Shown here: positions 13,611 to 26,626 of the stretch, in pieces
How the letters are laid out: each line of letters starts with the position of its first letter
How positions within the stretch are numbered: the first letter of the stretch is position 1
Assembly: GCA_951406725.2 (NCBI GenBank)
Contig: OX597816.1
Coordinates: 100,998,001-101,062,000, forward strand
Reading direction: 5' to 3'
From: Octopus vulgaris
Taxonomy: Eukaryota
DNA: 64,000 bases
The notes under the pieces: generated by a model
Database searches by the model: none
Seen by the model: the letters and a program-made list of their open reading frames with translations, nothing else
Told to the model about the DNA's origin: nothing
Position numbers and translations under genes: made by a program

Positions 13611-15632
13611 AATAATAAAATCATAATAGCAATTCTAAGGTGTTTAGAAAGAGTGGGGGTAAGGAGAGGGAATAAGTTTCCTAAATGCTATTAAGTACTT
13701 ATAACTGTTTCAGCTGGGAATCGAAACCCAGCGCACTTCTCGCCGTGCGTTTATCCCGTTACTACTGCATTATGGCAGTCACCGTAACAACAACAACAAT
13801 ATTACTACCGCTACCACCGCCGTCAACAACAAAAAGTCACATCATCATCAGCATCATCATCATCATCATCATCATACTCCACTACCATCTACTATAACTA
13901 CTAGCATAGTTATCGTCGTCATCAATATCAACCCGCCAACTTCATTGTCATCTCCCTCTGTCATTATCACCACCTCTACCTGCATCATAACCATCACTAC
14001 CACTACCACTATAACCACCATCATCGTCATCATCACCAGCGTCACCACCATCACCATCGAAAACAACAATAACAACACCAACACCATCCTTGCCACTCCT
14101 TCCGTCAACAATCGTAACAATTATACTAGAACCACAACCGTTACTACCGCCGCCACTACCACCACCACCACCACCACCATCCCCACACCTATCACCATCA
14201 ATACCGGTATTCCTACAACCATCAACTTTAACGTCATCATCACAATCACCACCACCACGATAAGGAAAACTGTAAGTGGCTTCTCGATGCGCTAGAAATA
14301 GCAGTCATGTCTATTTCAAATCGCACTCTACCGTCTTAAATTAATAGAAAGGACGCATTAATTAATGCCTTGACACCGCCGCTAACATGACGGGATGGTC
14401 AGAGGTGGACTGTTCAGGACAATAGCCTTACTCGATGAGGTCTGACCTGGTATTAAACAAAAACAACTAATAATAAATGATTTCTTTTATTTACTACAAG
14501 GGCATCAGATGAGGTTCAAGGCTAGGAATTCGGAGAATAGTCGATTATATCGACTTCAGCACTAGACTGGTACTTATTTTTATCGACTCGGGAGAGATGA
14601 GTTGCCCCCAGCGTGATTTGAATTCAGGACGTCAAGAACAAGAAAAAGAAAACACAGACTTTATCTTTGCCCAATGCTCTAACATTTCTGCTTATGCACC
14701 ACCCTAAATAGCAGCTAATTATATGTTATACAGAGGAAAATTAATGAGATTGTGTGATGCTTATTTATGCAGGGTTTTTTTGTTTTTTTTTCGATAAGTG
14801 TTGGGATTAGAAATATAAGGTATTACTTCGACAAGGGGCTGAAAGTGGCACAAAAGCACGGTGACGGTAATAAACAAGGAATAATATCAAATGACCGCAC
14901 AACAGTGATAACAATAACAACAGCGGTAATGATCGAACTCTTTACAACTGTAACGAGTGACAAGAAACCACGCATATAACTATGATAAACAACAACACCA
15001 ATAACCATAACAACAGTAGTAACGAAAACAACAACAGTGTTAACTACGAATAATACAGTCATAACTAAGCATAACAAATATTATTTCTAAGAGAGCGGAG
15101 AATTCCAAACGTGGTCAATAGACGTGCTAGATATACCAGGCAAATCTCTTTCGTCTTTACTTGAATAGGTAAAAAAAGAAACTATAGATAATTTTGTATT
15201 AGATGCTCACTAAAAGGCTGGATGATCAAGGCTGGCATGTCTTTGATCCTACGTTTACTCTATCATTGTTGACCTAGTGATGAACTGCAGCAACAACTAT
15301 TTCTACAACTATTACAACAACAACAAAATACACGAGCCAACGGGGGATTTCCTATGCGTTCGCTCGAGCTGCTAGAAACAGCAACCAAAAACCTCCATAA
15401 AATCACAATAGAAATGCAAAAAGGTAAAAGGGAAGAACATAGTGTATAGTGAACTTTATTATCCTGTGTCTGAATAAAGACGGGAAGGTCACGACTGGAA
15501 GGTTTTGATTATATGTCTGCTATATATCAAGGCTATCCTGAAAACAAATACTACATTCATAAGAGCGATAACAATAATAGCAACATTATCAACATCAATA
15601 GCAACGATTGCAACTAAACAACAACAACAACA

Positions 15633-15710
<78 letters not shown>

Positions 15711-16282
15711 AATATATTCATAAGCACAATAACGATATAATACAACAATATTTACAACAAAATAACTATTACAACAGGAGCAACAACAACGAAAACTATT
15801 TAACAATAGACAACAGAGAAACACAGCAATCATAACAACGACGACAGTGATAGATACGACAGCATCTATAGTAGCTAGGGGTGATTATGGCTGGCGTGTC
15901 TTTTACTACAGACCGGTTTCGGTCAGGACTAACCTCAGGCCAACCAACAACAGCCACGACAACAAACTCAACATCATTCACAACAATAACAACGGCAACT
16001 ACAACTACATCGGTAATTACGCGCCAAAGAAGGGGGGAGTTGCTATGCGATGGCTCGACCTGCTGGAAATAGCAGCAATTTCTCTTTCGCGTCGCACCTG
16101 CCCGTGTAGACGTCGATATCTCTTAAAAGCCAAGATGGTCAATAGCTAAACTGCCTCTGTTAAAATGTTGACCTTGGACTAAACTACATCAATAATGACC
16201 AGAACAACAACTGCAATTTAAAGAATGTGAGGTTGCGACAAGGAAAGCGAAAATTGAGAACTCAGGGAAAGTTTGAAAACCT

Positions 16283-16347
16283 TTATTTAAATAATAGATT
16301 GACATGTTTAAATAATAGATTGACATATTTAATTAATGGAATGACAT
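16283..16347. repeat. 21-bp minisatellite, 3 units
   Basis: tttaaataatagattgacatg / tttaaataatagattgacata / tttaattaatggaatgacata. Confidence 0.85.
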
Positions 16348-17061
16348 AATAATAAATGTTTAGCATTCAATGTAATAGATGTATTATTTTCCTGTGATAT
16401 CGAAATGTAATGACTGTGTATGTTTATGGCAATATCATCCCTAACTGTAATGCATTTCTTAGTATCCCTATGAGTAAGACTAGTATTGTTATACCTAAAG
16501 GTACTTTCTAAGTTATCTTTTCAATGTTTCCAATGAAGGTTGCATCAACGGGGATGCTTGATGTGAAAAGTCTCAACTAACAACAGGCTCGTTATCTCCG
16601 AAAACAAACTTTTCAAGTTAACACATTATGTTATACATGCATATATAACCATTTTCAAGCGCGCGCACACACACACACACGCACGCATATGCACACACAC
16701 GGACATACACACTCATACATGCGTACGCAATCTTGTATTGGCTGAGACTACTACAAGGCAAGCCTTATGAAACGGTGGAGCAGAGGTTGGCATCGTACTG
16801 GGGCCCAGGAATTTTTTAAGATGTCAGAAAATGCTTGCATATATATATGATATTAGCATTCCCAGAAGGGAAGACCCAACGAACATCACAGCCACCACCA
16901 CCGGCATAACTACCCGAAAGAAACATTGTACTCTCTGATAAGATTCTCTCAGATACCCTGGCTATAAACAGTAACTCAAGGACGTAGAATTTGGTGGCAA
17001 AGCACTTCCCAAAAGTTTGGCTTGTGCCCTGGTACGAAACTCCACATTTCTGAGCTCTGAG

Positions 17062-17125
<64 letters not shown>

Positions 17126-17314
17126 GTTTAAATATTTGTTGTGCAAGATTTATTGGCTACTGGCAATATGACCATTCCGAAATATAACAATATATATATA
17201 TATATATATATATATGCATATTTATGTGTATATAATATAATATATATATATATACTTATATACATACATATATGTACATACCCACACACATATGTATATA
17301 TATACATGCATACA

Positions 17315-17503
17315 TGGGTAGAGGACGTCAAAAGAAAAAAAACGTGAACAAAACGAGAAAAGAGAACAAGAAAAACAAAAACATGGAAAACGAACCCCCT
17401 TTCGAATAACGAAAGAAACAAATAGAGAAACGAGACAGGCAACATAAAAAAACATTCCCTTCATCAGTTGTCCCCTGGTTTATCTACTCCGCGTTTCGAA
17501 CGT
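17315..17503 (-). mobile_element. Short TA-embedded element, probably a Penelope-like terminus, related to 44115-44260
   Basis: Minus strand cgaaacgcggagtagataaaccaggggacaactgatgaaggg matches plus-strand cgaaataggagtaatgaacagtcggacaactgatgaggag at 44128-44168. Flanked by (TA)n. Confidence 0.55.
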
Positions 17504-17631
17504 GTATATATATATATACGTGTGCGTGGTGTGCGTGCTTGTGTACTAGGGTTAATTTGTTCGACTAAATATTTCAAGGCAGTGCCCCAGCATGGCCACA
17601 GTCTAATGTCTAAAAAAAATATATATGTATG

Positions 17632-17677
<46 letters not shown>

Positions 17678-17746
17678 TGTACATATATCTATATATGTAT
17701 ATATATATATATGTATGTGTGCATATATATATGTATATATATATGT

Positions 17747-17789
<43 letters not shown>

Positions 17790-17857
17790 TACATGTGTAT
17801 ATGGAAGTATATTTATTTATACATATATATATGTATATGTGTATATATATATATGAA

Positions 17858-17900
<43 letters not shown>

Positions 17901-17934
17901 GTATGCATGTATATATATATATATATGTATTATA

Positions 17935-17988
<54 letters not shown>

Positions 17989-18046
17989 GTATATGTATGC
18001 GTATAATAGAAGACGATACAATAAACACGGACAGGACATGCCTAGT

Positions 18047-18089
<43 letters not shown>

Positions 18090-18215
18090 TGAGTTAGATT
18101 TAACATTTATTTTAATAGAGGATTCCTATTTCCCTTTCCTTTTTCTTCTCTTTTCGGAAATCCCTGAAAATTGTCACAGAAAAAAAGAGCATCGAATATA
18201 GAAGTAAAGACTTAC

Positions 18216-18444
18216 CATAATTTCTTCTTTGCCTTGGTCCATCGGAATATCCGCCAGGACTACAAATAAGTCGCAAAAAGTTCGGTATTTTGTCGCCACA
18301 GTAACCACCTGACGCGGCACCCTGACGGATTGTTTCTTCATTACAGGTGTGCTCTAAACCGGCTATGACCAGCTGCCAGTTGAGTAGGCTGATAAGGAGA
18401 GCCAAAAGCATTGTCCATGTCGTACACATGTTGCAGGATTTCAT
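18216..18444 (-). CDS. Insulin-like peptide precursor (molluscan MIP/Aplysia-insulin type), first coding exon: signal peptide + B chain + start of C peptide
   Basis: Translates as MKSCNMCTTWTMLLALLISLLNWQLVIA|GLEHTCNEETIRQGAASGGYCGDKIPNFLRLICSPGGYSDGP-RQRR-NY-(G). It has a hydrophobic signal core, B-chain spacing C-X14-C(G)-X11-C with the extra N-terminal Cys and EH[ST]C motif of molluscan insulins, and a furin/PC-type RQRR site. The exon ends at TAT G|GTAAG (plus-strand cttac 18211-18215), the phase-1 C-peptide intron typical of insulin genes. 229 nt = 76 codons + 1. Confidence 0.93.
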
Positions 18445-18452
18445 TGAACCGG

Positions 18453-18480
18453 CTGAAAAACGAGCACAAAAAGGAAAGAT
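18453..18480 (-). promoter_or_regulatory. Candidate splice acceptor (polypyrimidine tract + CAG) 8 nt upstream of the insulin ATG
   Basis: Minus strand reads ctttcctttttgtgctcgtttttcAG|ccggttcaATGAAA. This implies a 5'UTR intron and makes ATG 18444, not the ORF-track ATG 18492, the likely start. Confidence 0.7.
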
Positions 18481-18496
18481 TTTCGTAGCCATAGAT

Positions 18497-18584
18497 CTTT
18501 ATAAAACGCGCCGGCGGCGAGTGCAAAGCGAGGTTCGTTGGCCTCAGCCAACCACACACGCGCGCGCATGCATCTCGCCCATTC

Positions 18585-18585
<1 letters not shown>
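18497..18585 (-). promoter_or_regulatory. CpG-rich segment with TATAAA just upstream of the insulin exon (possible proximal promoter or intronic element)
   Basis: Minus strand ...gcactcgccgccggcgcgtttTATAAAgatct (TATAAA at 18503-18498). Unusually GC/CpG-rich for this window and bounded by a (GA)n tract. Confidence 0.35.
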
Positions 18586-18649
<64 letters not shown>

Positions 18650-18693
18650 TCTCACTAACTCTTTCTTTCCCTCTGTGTATGTGTGTGTGTATG

Positions 18694-18779
<86 letters not shown>

Positions 18780-18786
18780 TATATAT

Positions 18787-18825
<39 letters not shown>

Positions 18826-19127
18826 TATCACTCCACCCTCAATGTCGATCTCTGTCTAACTGTCAGGAACCCTCCTTGTCCCTCTTCATTTTCTGCAGTT
18901 CTACCTATCATCCTCTCTAACACTCCCACTCTGGGCTCGTCTTCTAATTTTTATTTCTCTCTCTTGCTTTCTCTCATTCTCTCAATCCTTGTGTCTCGTT
19001 CCTTTCCTACCCCCAATCTCTTGCTCACCACCTCTCTCTCTCTCTCTCACACACTTTCACACATACTCTCCCTCTCTCTAATTCTTTCGCTAGATCTTTC
19101 CCTCAATGTCTATCTCTATCTCTCTTT

Positions 19128-19197
<70 letters not shown>

Positions 19198-19564
19198 TAT
19201 GCTCCATGAATCTCCTCCCCTGTCCTTCAACATATTCAGTTCCCCTCTTTCACTGTTTTTACTTCCCTTACTGCATCATCATTTCCGTTAGCTCTCATCA
19301 TCCTCTCACTCTCCCCACCCACTTCTCTTTGTCCGTCATCACTTTTACTTTCTCTACCACGTACGCAAACACACACAAACATTTATACATAACATTATAC
19401 GAGCATACATATACATATATATTATGATTGATAGATACCTATATATACATATAAACATATATACGTAAAAGCATACGTTCATATCTAGCTATATGTGTGT
19501 GTTTATGTAAATATATAACTAAATATTTATATGTACATATACGTGTGTATATATACGCGCGCCT

Positions 19565-19599
<35 letters not shown>

Positions 19600-19801
19600 C
19601 ACACACACTCACATACACACATACACACATATGTATAGACATGCATGCATGTATGTATGTATGTATGTATGTATGTATGTATGTATGTATGTATGTATGT
19701 ATGTATGTATGTATACACGCACACATGTCGATACAGATAAATGCATGTATATATATGCATTTAATACACATAAATATATATATATATATATATAATATAT
19801 G

Positions 19802-19861
<60 letters not shown>

Positions 19862-19934
19862 GCATATATATATATGTCCCCTTTTTTGTATCATCTGTCT
19901 AGATGTTTTGCGTTCTTGTCCCATTTTTTGTATT

Positions 19935-19987
<53 letters not shown>

Positions 19988-20128
19988 TGCGTAAGTAGAC
20001 ATGCACAGATCGATCGATAGATAGATATATCAGTATACATACGTAATTATATGCGCATATGTACAAACATATATACATAAATATGTGTGTATATGTGTGT
20101 GTGGGAGTATGTAAGCATGTGGTTATAT

Positions 20129-20179
<51 letters not shown>

Positions 20180-20349
20180 TAAACAAAAAAGTTATATCAT
20201 TCTATATATATATATATATAAACAAATATATGAACATAAACAAAAAAGTTGCACATATCTACGTGTGTGTATCTAAACACTGATATAAATAAGTGCGTGC
20301 TAGCACAATTACGCGCGCGCGCAGGAAAACGCATTTACGCGCGCGAAGA

Positions 20350-20960
20350 AATGGACCAAGTTTGAAACAAGTTGATACTTTTAAATATTTAAAGATCATC
20401 TATGCCAGATAGGAAAAGCATCAAATAAATTAAGTTATAGACTGACCAAGTCAAAAGCTCCTTATAGCAAGAGACTAAACAAATATTGTCAAATAAATGT
20501 TTATCAATAAGAGTTAGAAAGCAGTCCTAATGTGGTACATATGGCCTATCTTTGCGTTAGGTATGACCCAGAACATAAACAACCAAGTGCAAAACTTATC
20601 AATGCTGCAGGGGTATTGTTTCAAAGAAGAATACCGAAGGTATCTTATGCAAACACTGAGGTCCATAAAGAAGCAAAGACCACTAGAAAGTTTCTGAAAA
20701 ACGTAAGGAGATGCTAGGTTCTGTTTATTGGCTCCTTATACGAAAAGAAAAAAAAAATATGAGTTGGAGACAACTCGAAAATTAGAAGGGAAAACCCAAA
20801 GAAGTCACAGAGAGAGCGGGGAATGAGGGGGAGGAGAAGATATTCGATGGCCTTAACAGCTGGCTTCAGAAAAAGCAGCCCAACAGTGTACTAAGTTGTG
20901 TGCGAGAGGGAAGGACATGGAACTCCACGATTGCCGACGCCAGTAGGCATCGTGTATAAA
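20350..20960 (+). mobile_element. Decayed RTE-clade LINE, 3' part of ORF
   Basis: Frameshifted remnants in expected order: LKQVDTFKYL, RVRKAVLMWYIWPI, KLINAAGVLFQRRIPKVSY..N.EV, KLEGK..R, DGLT.W, R.WNSTIADA..H. Confidence 0.72.
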
Positions 20961-21489
20961 GAGGAAGATGAAGTTACCGATATACATAAATACACACACA
21001 GACATATAAACATGTGTATATATAAAACTATGCCCAGATTACGTGTGTGTCAGTGAATCCGTGTGACTGTTCACACACATACACATATGCATTATATATA
21101 TATTCATCACACACGTACACAACACACGCACACACACACATATACACACATACACAGACATATACAGACACATATACATACATGTGTAAGGGCATACACA
21201 CACGTACATAAATACATGCATACATGTATAAACGTGTGTGTGTGTGTGTGTGTGTGTGTAGGGCAGCTATGGAAGCAGTAATAAAAATGAGCATTTGAGT
21301 GTGCGTTTGTGTGTGTACACACACACACACATACATACAGAACACGCACAGACCGGCAACCAGCAGACACACATATAAAGAATTTATTGATATATTTATA
21401 CATATGGATCGGTATACATATATTTACACATAAATACATACATATAGATGTTTATACATATATACATACACGCACGTATAAATACACAC

Positions 21490-21526
<37 letters not shown>

Positions 21527-21589
21527 CTCTCTCTCTCTTTATAAATATACATATATTCATGTGCAAATATATATACATATATATTCATA

Positions 21590-21633
<44 letters not shown>

Positions 21634-21868
21634 TACATTCATATATATATATACAAACACGCAGATATTAAACATATACTGTATGTGTATGTATGCATGT
21701 ATTTATATACATATATATATATATATGTGTATATATGTGTAGGTGTGTGTGTGTGCGTTTATATATTATATAGTTGATATATTTATGACGTATATTCATC
21801 ATATATATATATATATACACACAATATGCATGTTACAAATAGATTTCATCTATATATGTGTGTGTTCA

Positions 21869-22250
21869 TTTATTCTTTTACTTGTTTCAGTCATTTGACT
21901 GCGTCCATGCTGGAGCACCGCCTTTAGTCGAACAAATCGACCCCAGGACTTATTCTTTGTTAGCCTGGTACTTATTCTATCGGTCTCTTTTGCCAAACCG
22001 CTAGCTTACGGGGACGAAAACACACCAACACCGGTTGTCAAGCGATATTGGGTGGTAGAGGGGACAAACACACACACACACGCACACAAAGACACACACA
22101 TACATATACACATACATACACACACATACGCATATATACGACGGGCTTCTTTCAGTTCCCGTCTTCTAAATCCACTCACAAGGCTTTGGTCGGTCCGAGG
22201 GTATAGTAGAAGACACTTACCTAAGGTGCCACGTAGTGGGACTGAACCCA
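21869..22250 (-). mobile_element. SINE family A, well preserved
   Basis: Reverse complement of ggttcagtcccactacgtggcaccttaggtaagtgtcttctac...gaccaaagccttgtgagtggattt...ggcggtgctccagcatggacgcagtcaaatgactgaaacaagtaaaagaataaa. Confidence 0.88.
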
Positions 22251-23047
22251 TGTGTATATTTCTCCTATGTATTTCATATACAAATTTTGTATATACACTA
22301 AATATATGTTACATATATTTTTACAAATTATATATAAATCCTATACTTATATCGCACACTATGCAAATATAGAGAAGCACCCACATACACGTGTATTATA
22401 CACACACACACACGCACGCTAACAAACACACACACTCTAACACACACAGATACTCGCATAAAACGTACACCCGCGCAAACCTACACACACACGCACACAT
22501 ACATATTAAATGTTAAATGAAAGTGTTTATCTTAATGCAAATTAAAGTATAACAACATAAAATTCAGAGTAGGGACATACAGTACAGAGAATAAAACCAG
22601 CTTCAGTGAGTGGCTGATTATGCCGTCAGGCGAAATTTAAACCAATCTTATATGCAATATATATTGCCACTATATTCATATGTACATATATATATGTGGG
22701 GTGGGTGCTTGTGTGTGTGTGTATGTGTGTAAACAGACACACACTTATTGCTTTACATATTCAGAATATACCAATTTTATTCTTTTTCTTAAGTTTTTCA
22801 GTAGGTACAGGTTGTGTGGCACCAGCCTTGTCGCAATCAACCCCGAAAATGAATTTCGTAACTGTTATTATCAAGCTGATGTCTGGAACACATCATGAAA
22901 CCCCCATGGAAAAAAATTGCTACACACACACACACGCACACACACATACAAACATACATATGTATATAAGTATAAGTACATATAATGCATAATTAAATAT
23001 ATGTATATACCTATATAAGCATACAATACATAATTATATATATGTAT

Positions 23048-23145
<98 letters not shown>

Positions 23146-23150
23146 ATATA

Positions 23151-23375
23151 CGAGTGTCGATGAAGTTATAAAGTGTTACTCAGGATCTCAACTATGCACC
23201 TATTACATCCTATAGCAGAAACAGCTGTAAGGTGTTAGAGTTCATAAGATAATCTTTTATTCCAATGCTATTTCATTTTCTGATAGATATATGTATAATC
23301 ACATATATAGATGTATGTGGGTGGTGTATATATATATATATATATAATGACACCTTATAACTTCATCGACACCTC

Positions 23376-23376
<1 letters not shown>
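23151..23376. mobile_element. MITE-like element with about 28-bp terminal inverted repeats, embedded in (TA)n
   Basis: Left cgagtgtcgatgaagttataaagtgtta; reverse complement of right end cgaggtgtcgatgaagttataaggtgtca. Confidence 0.8.
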
Positions 23377-23429
<53 letters not shown>

Positions 23430-23432
<3 letters not shown>

Positions 23433-23630
23433 ATTGAAGAAATTGGAGTCATCAAGAAGGAGTACGGTTGGACAGTTATTTTTTCAATCACTTCAATTGT
23501 TTGTACACAATGTAGTTCTCCAAAAATACCTGAACTTTTGCAGAATTAGGTTGTGTGGAAACAATTGTAGTGATTAAATAATAACTGTCCAACCGTATTA
23601 TTTCTTGTTAACTCCTATTTCTTCAATTTT
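23430..23630. repeat. Long palindrome, about 72-bp arms with about 55-bp spacer
   Basis: aaaattgaagaaattggagtcatcaagaaggagtacggttggacagttatt...aatcacttcaattgttt pairs with aaacaattgtagtgatt...aataactgtccaaccgtattatttcttgttaactcctatttcttcaatttt. Confidence 0.88.
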
Positions 23631-23761
23631 ACATTCACACACGACGAATGCCCGAACAGAAACTTGGAAGTATATAATGATAGTACCGGATAGTATTGGG
23701 TAATTCTGAGAGTGGACGAGCTTTATACTGTACTCTGCCACATACCTTACAGAATGTATCA

Positions 23762-23829
<68 letters not shown>

Positions 23830-24004
23830 TGTGTGTGTGTGTATGTGTATCTATAATATCTTCAATTTTATAGATAGATAGATAGATATTTAGATAAAGA
23901 AAAATGAATTCACGAGATATTTTGATCAAATCCACTACAAATGTTTCGAGTCATCCAGCATCTTTATCTCAGAGGTGTGATACTGTAAAATCAGTTGTCT
24001 TGCA

Positions 24005-24066
<62 letters not shown>

Positions 24067-24792
24067 GACATACGTGTGTGTGTGCAGAATTTTCCCCTAC
24101 TTTTCTTCTCAAATAAGTCCAATATGCTAAAAGTGACCAAAGCTTGAATTGAACCGAAACTCTAAGTTTCAGTACAAACAAATTCAATGATCTCCCATTT
24201 CATTCGCACGCTCATACACATTCATATAATCTCATAAGCACATACATGGACACAAAAATGTTTCTGAAGTAGATTATATATTTAGTTTTAGTTCATCTGC
24301 AATTGGTACAACATACTAGAAACAGGTTGACTTTCTGCATAAATTGGCCTTTCTGCTTTTAAAATATTAGGAAACACAAACTTTGAAATGCTGATTATCT
24401 GGTATTATTAGTTTGTTTGAGCGCACAATGCATTTTCCGTCCTCATTGCAATCTATGCCCCAGAAACTTACTAATATCCGACAATACACTTCGACTTCGA
24501 ATTATTGACGAAGGCAGAAGTACCTCCATAAGATGCTCCGCATGAGATGCACCGTTTTGAAGGAACTAAGACGAAAAGTGACTGAAGCGGTTCAAACAAT
24601 GAGTAAAAATACCCTTCGTTTATCCACTTAGAATATAGTTTAGGTGTCTTGGTATAATGCTTTAGAAATAGACTGGCTAAGAGGCCTATTCTCTCAACAA
24701 CATCAAGTATATCCTACCGAAGAGAATGACAAGGCCCAAAATATATAAGTAATATATATTATTTAACTGAACGCCACGCATCCATTTCCAAG

Positions 24793-24916
<124 letters not shown>

Positions 24917-25530
24917 TGTGTGTGTGTGTGTTTCTACTGCTTGAAGCTTACAAACTTCTTACACTTCGGATCTTATGATCGTATTCACACACACACATAC
25001 ACACATACACACACAGATGTATGTATATATAGCGGGAGAGAAAGAGAGCGAGAGAGGAACAGAGAGAGAGAGAGAGGGAAGTAAAGACATAGGTAGATAA
25101 ATATGTATATATGGACACCTGTATACATGTTATATATTTTCTTATGATTGTAAAATCTGTCAAGAAATGAACCAATATTCAATGAATAATCCAAATGCTA
25201 CAATGAAACCTTTTATCGAAGCGGTTTTAAGAAAAATATCTATAATATCTATAATATTGATCCTACAAGTATAACTAAGAAGCTCAATAGTAGAAGAAAT
25301 ATCTCATAGTACAGTACACGGTGTAACATAGAAGTACATAATGTCTTAACTAAATTTTTCTTTACTTTGTTTACAACATTCTGATAAAGTATATTCATAA
25401 GCCTTGCAGCTAAGCAATTTCAGTTCCACACATTTCTCTAGAAAGATCGCAAAATGACCTGTTGCGGTTAAACTTATTTAAACGACAAAATTGACATGGA
25501 GATGTATTAATATATTCGCAGATAGACAAA

Positions 25531-25565
<35 letters not shown>

Positions 25566-25612
25566 TACATATCACTTTATCAAAACTTAAATGCGTGTGT
25601 GCGAGTGAATAT

Positions 25613-25657
<45 letters not shown>

Positions 25658-25882
25658 AATAATGAAGGGTGAAATTAATTAATTTGGAATAATTATCAAT
25701 TACACCAAGTAGTCTTCGGTATGTAAAAGCCTCATTCGAGGAAAATTTAAGTAATACTAAGCAATAAATTGCTGTATTTTTACTGAGATCTCCTTTTAGT
25801 AGAAGAAATAGGTATAACTCTTTGACTGCTATTTCTAAATTCGGTCTGTGGTAAGGCAATTCGTTGCTAAACCCTTTACTTA

Positions 25883-25924
<42 letters not shown>

Positions 25925-26158
25925 CGTTATGTTGTTCACTATTGTCACTCACGGAGCATGCTTCACTAACAGTCATTGGTTGTCCATGTAGCTTTGAACT
26001 GGTCAACCTTTGTAAGCTTTTAATCCAATTACAACTGCTATAAAGCATGTAGAATAGGATAATATAAGGAGGAAGCAATGAAGGAATTATTAATGAATTT
26101 ATAAAGTAAATTGCTATTTGGAAAGGGAGACCAGTTTCAGGAGGAAAAACTATTCGTA

Positions 26159-26311
<153 letters not shown>

Positions 26312-26312
26312 G

Positions 26313-26595
26313 TTTCTTTATTAGCCACACAGGGCCGAATACAGAGGGAAGAAAATACAATGTAGAGCTTTTCTTTTTCGAAGATAGAAAAAAAAGGAGA
26401 AAAATAATATTCTGATCGAAAGGGATCGTGAGAAAAAGAAAAAAAAAACGATCAAAAGGGATCGTGTATCACAGAAATATTTAAAAAGTGTTAAGAGCAA
26501 GATTAGGTTTATCATTGGAAAGAAAAGCCTACGGAAAAGACCATGGTAACTTCAGGCAAGGAGGGAGCAAACACATGAGAGCAAAGAGCTCTCTC

Positions 26596-26626
<31 letters not shown>

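Larger units (their letters stand above)
10800..16210. repeat. Region of degenerate (CAA/CAG/TAA/CAC)n low-complexity tracts interleaved with family C repeats and family B SINEs
   Basis: Long acaacaac/agcaac/accacc runs. Family C motif gctagaaatagcagccaaatctccct...ggatggtca.ggctggaatg.ctttgatc...gacctggg(g/a)ctaaac recurs at about 10985-11150, 11570-11770 (minus), 14280-14465, 15120-15295, 15350-15545 and 16035-16185, and also at 200-370, 1030-1190, 2330-2500, 8145-8315, 10250-10425, 39370-39550 and 41785-41950. Confidence 0.8.

Noticed and set aside
18112-18492. 126-aa single-exon version of the insulin ORF in the track
   Set aside because: The first 16 codons overlap a polypyrimidine/AG acceptor, and everything after RRNY reads through a canonical GTAAG donor into intron with no A chain
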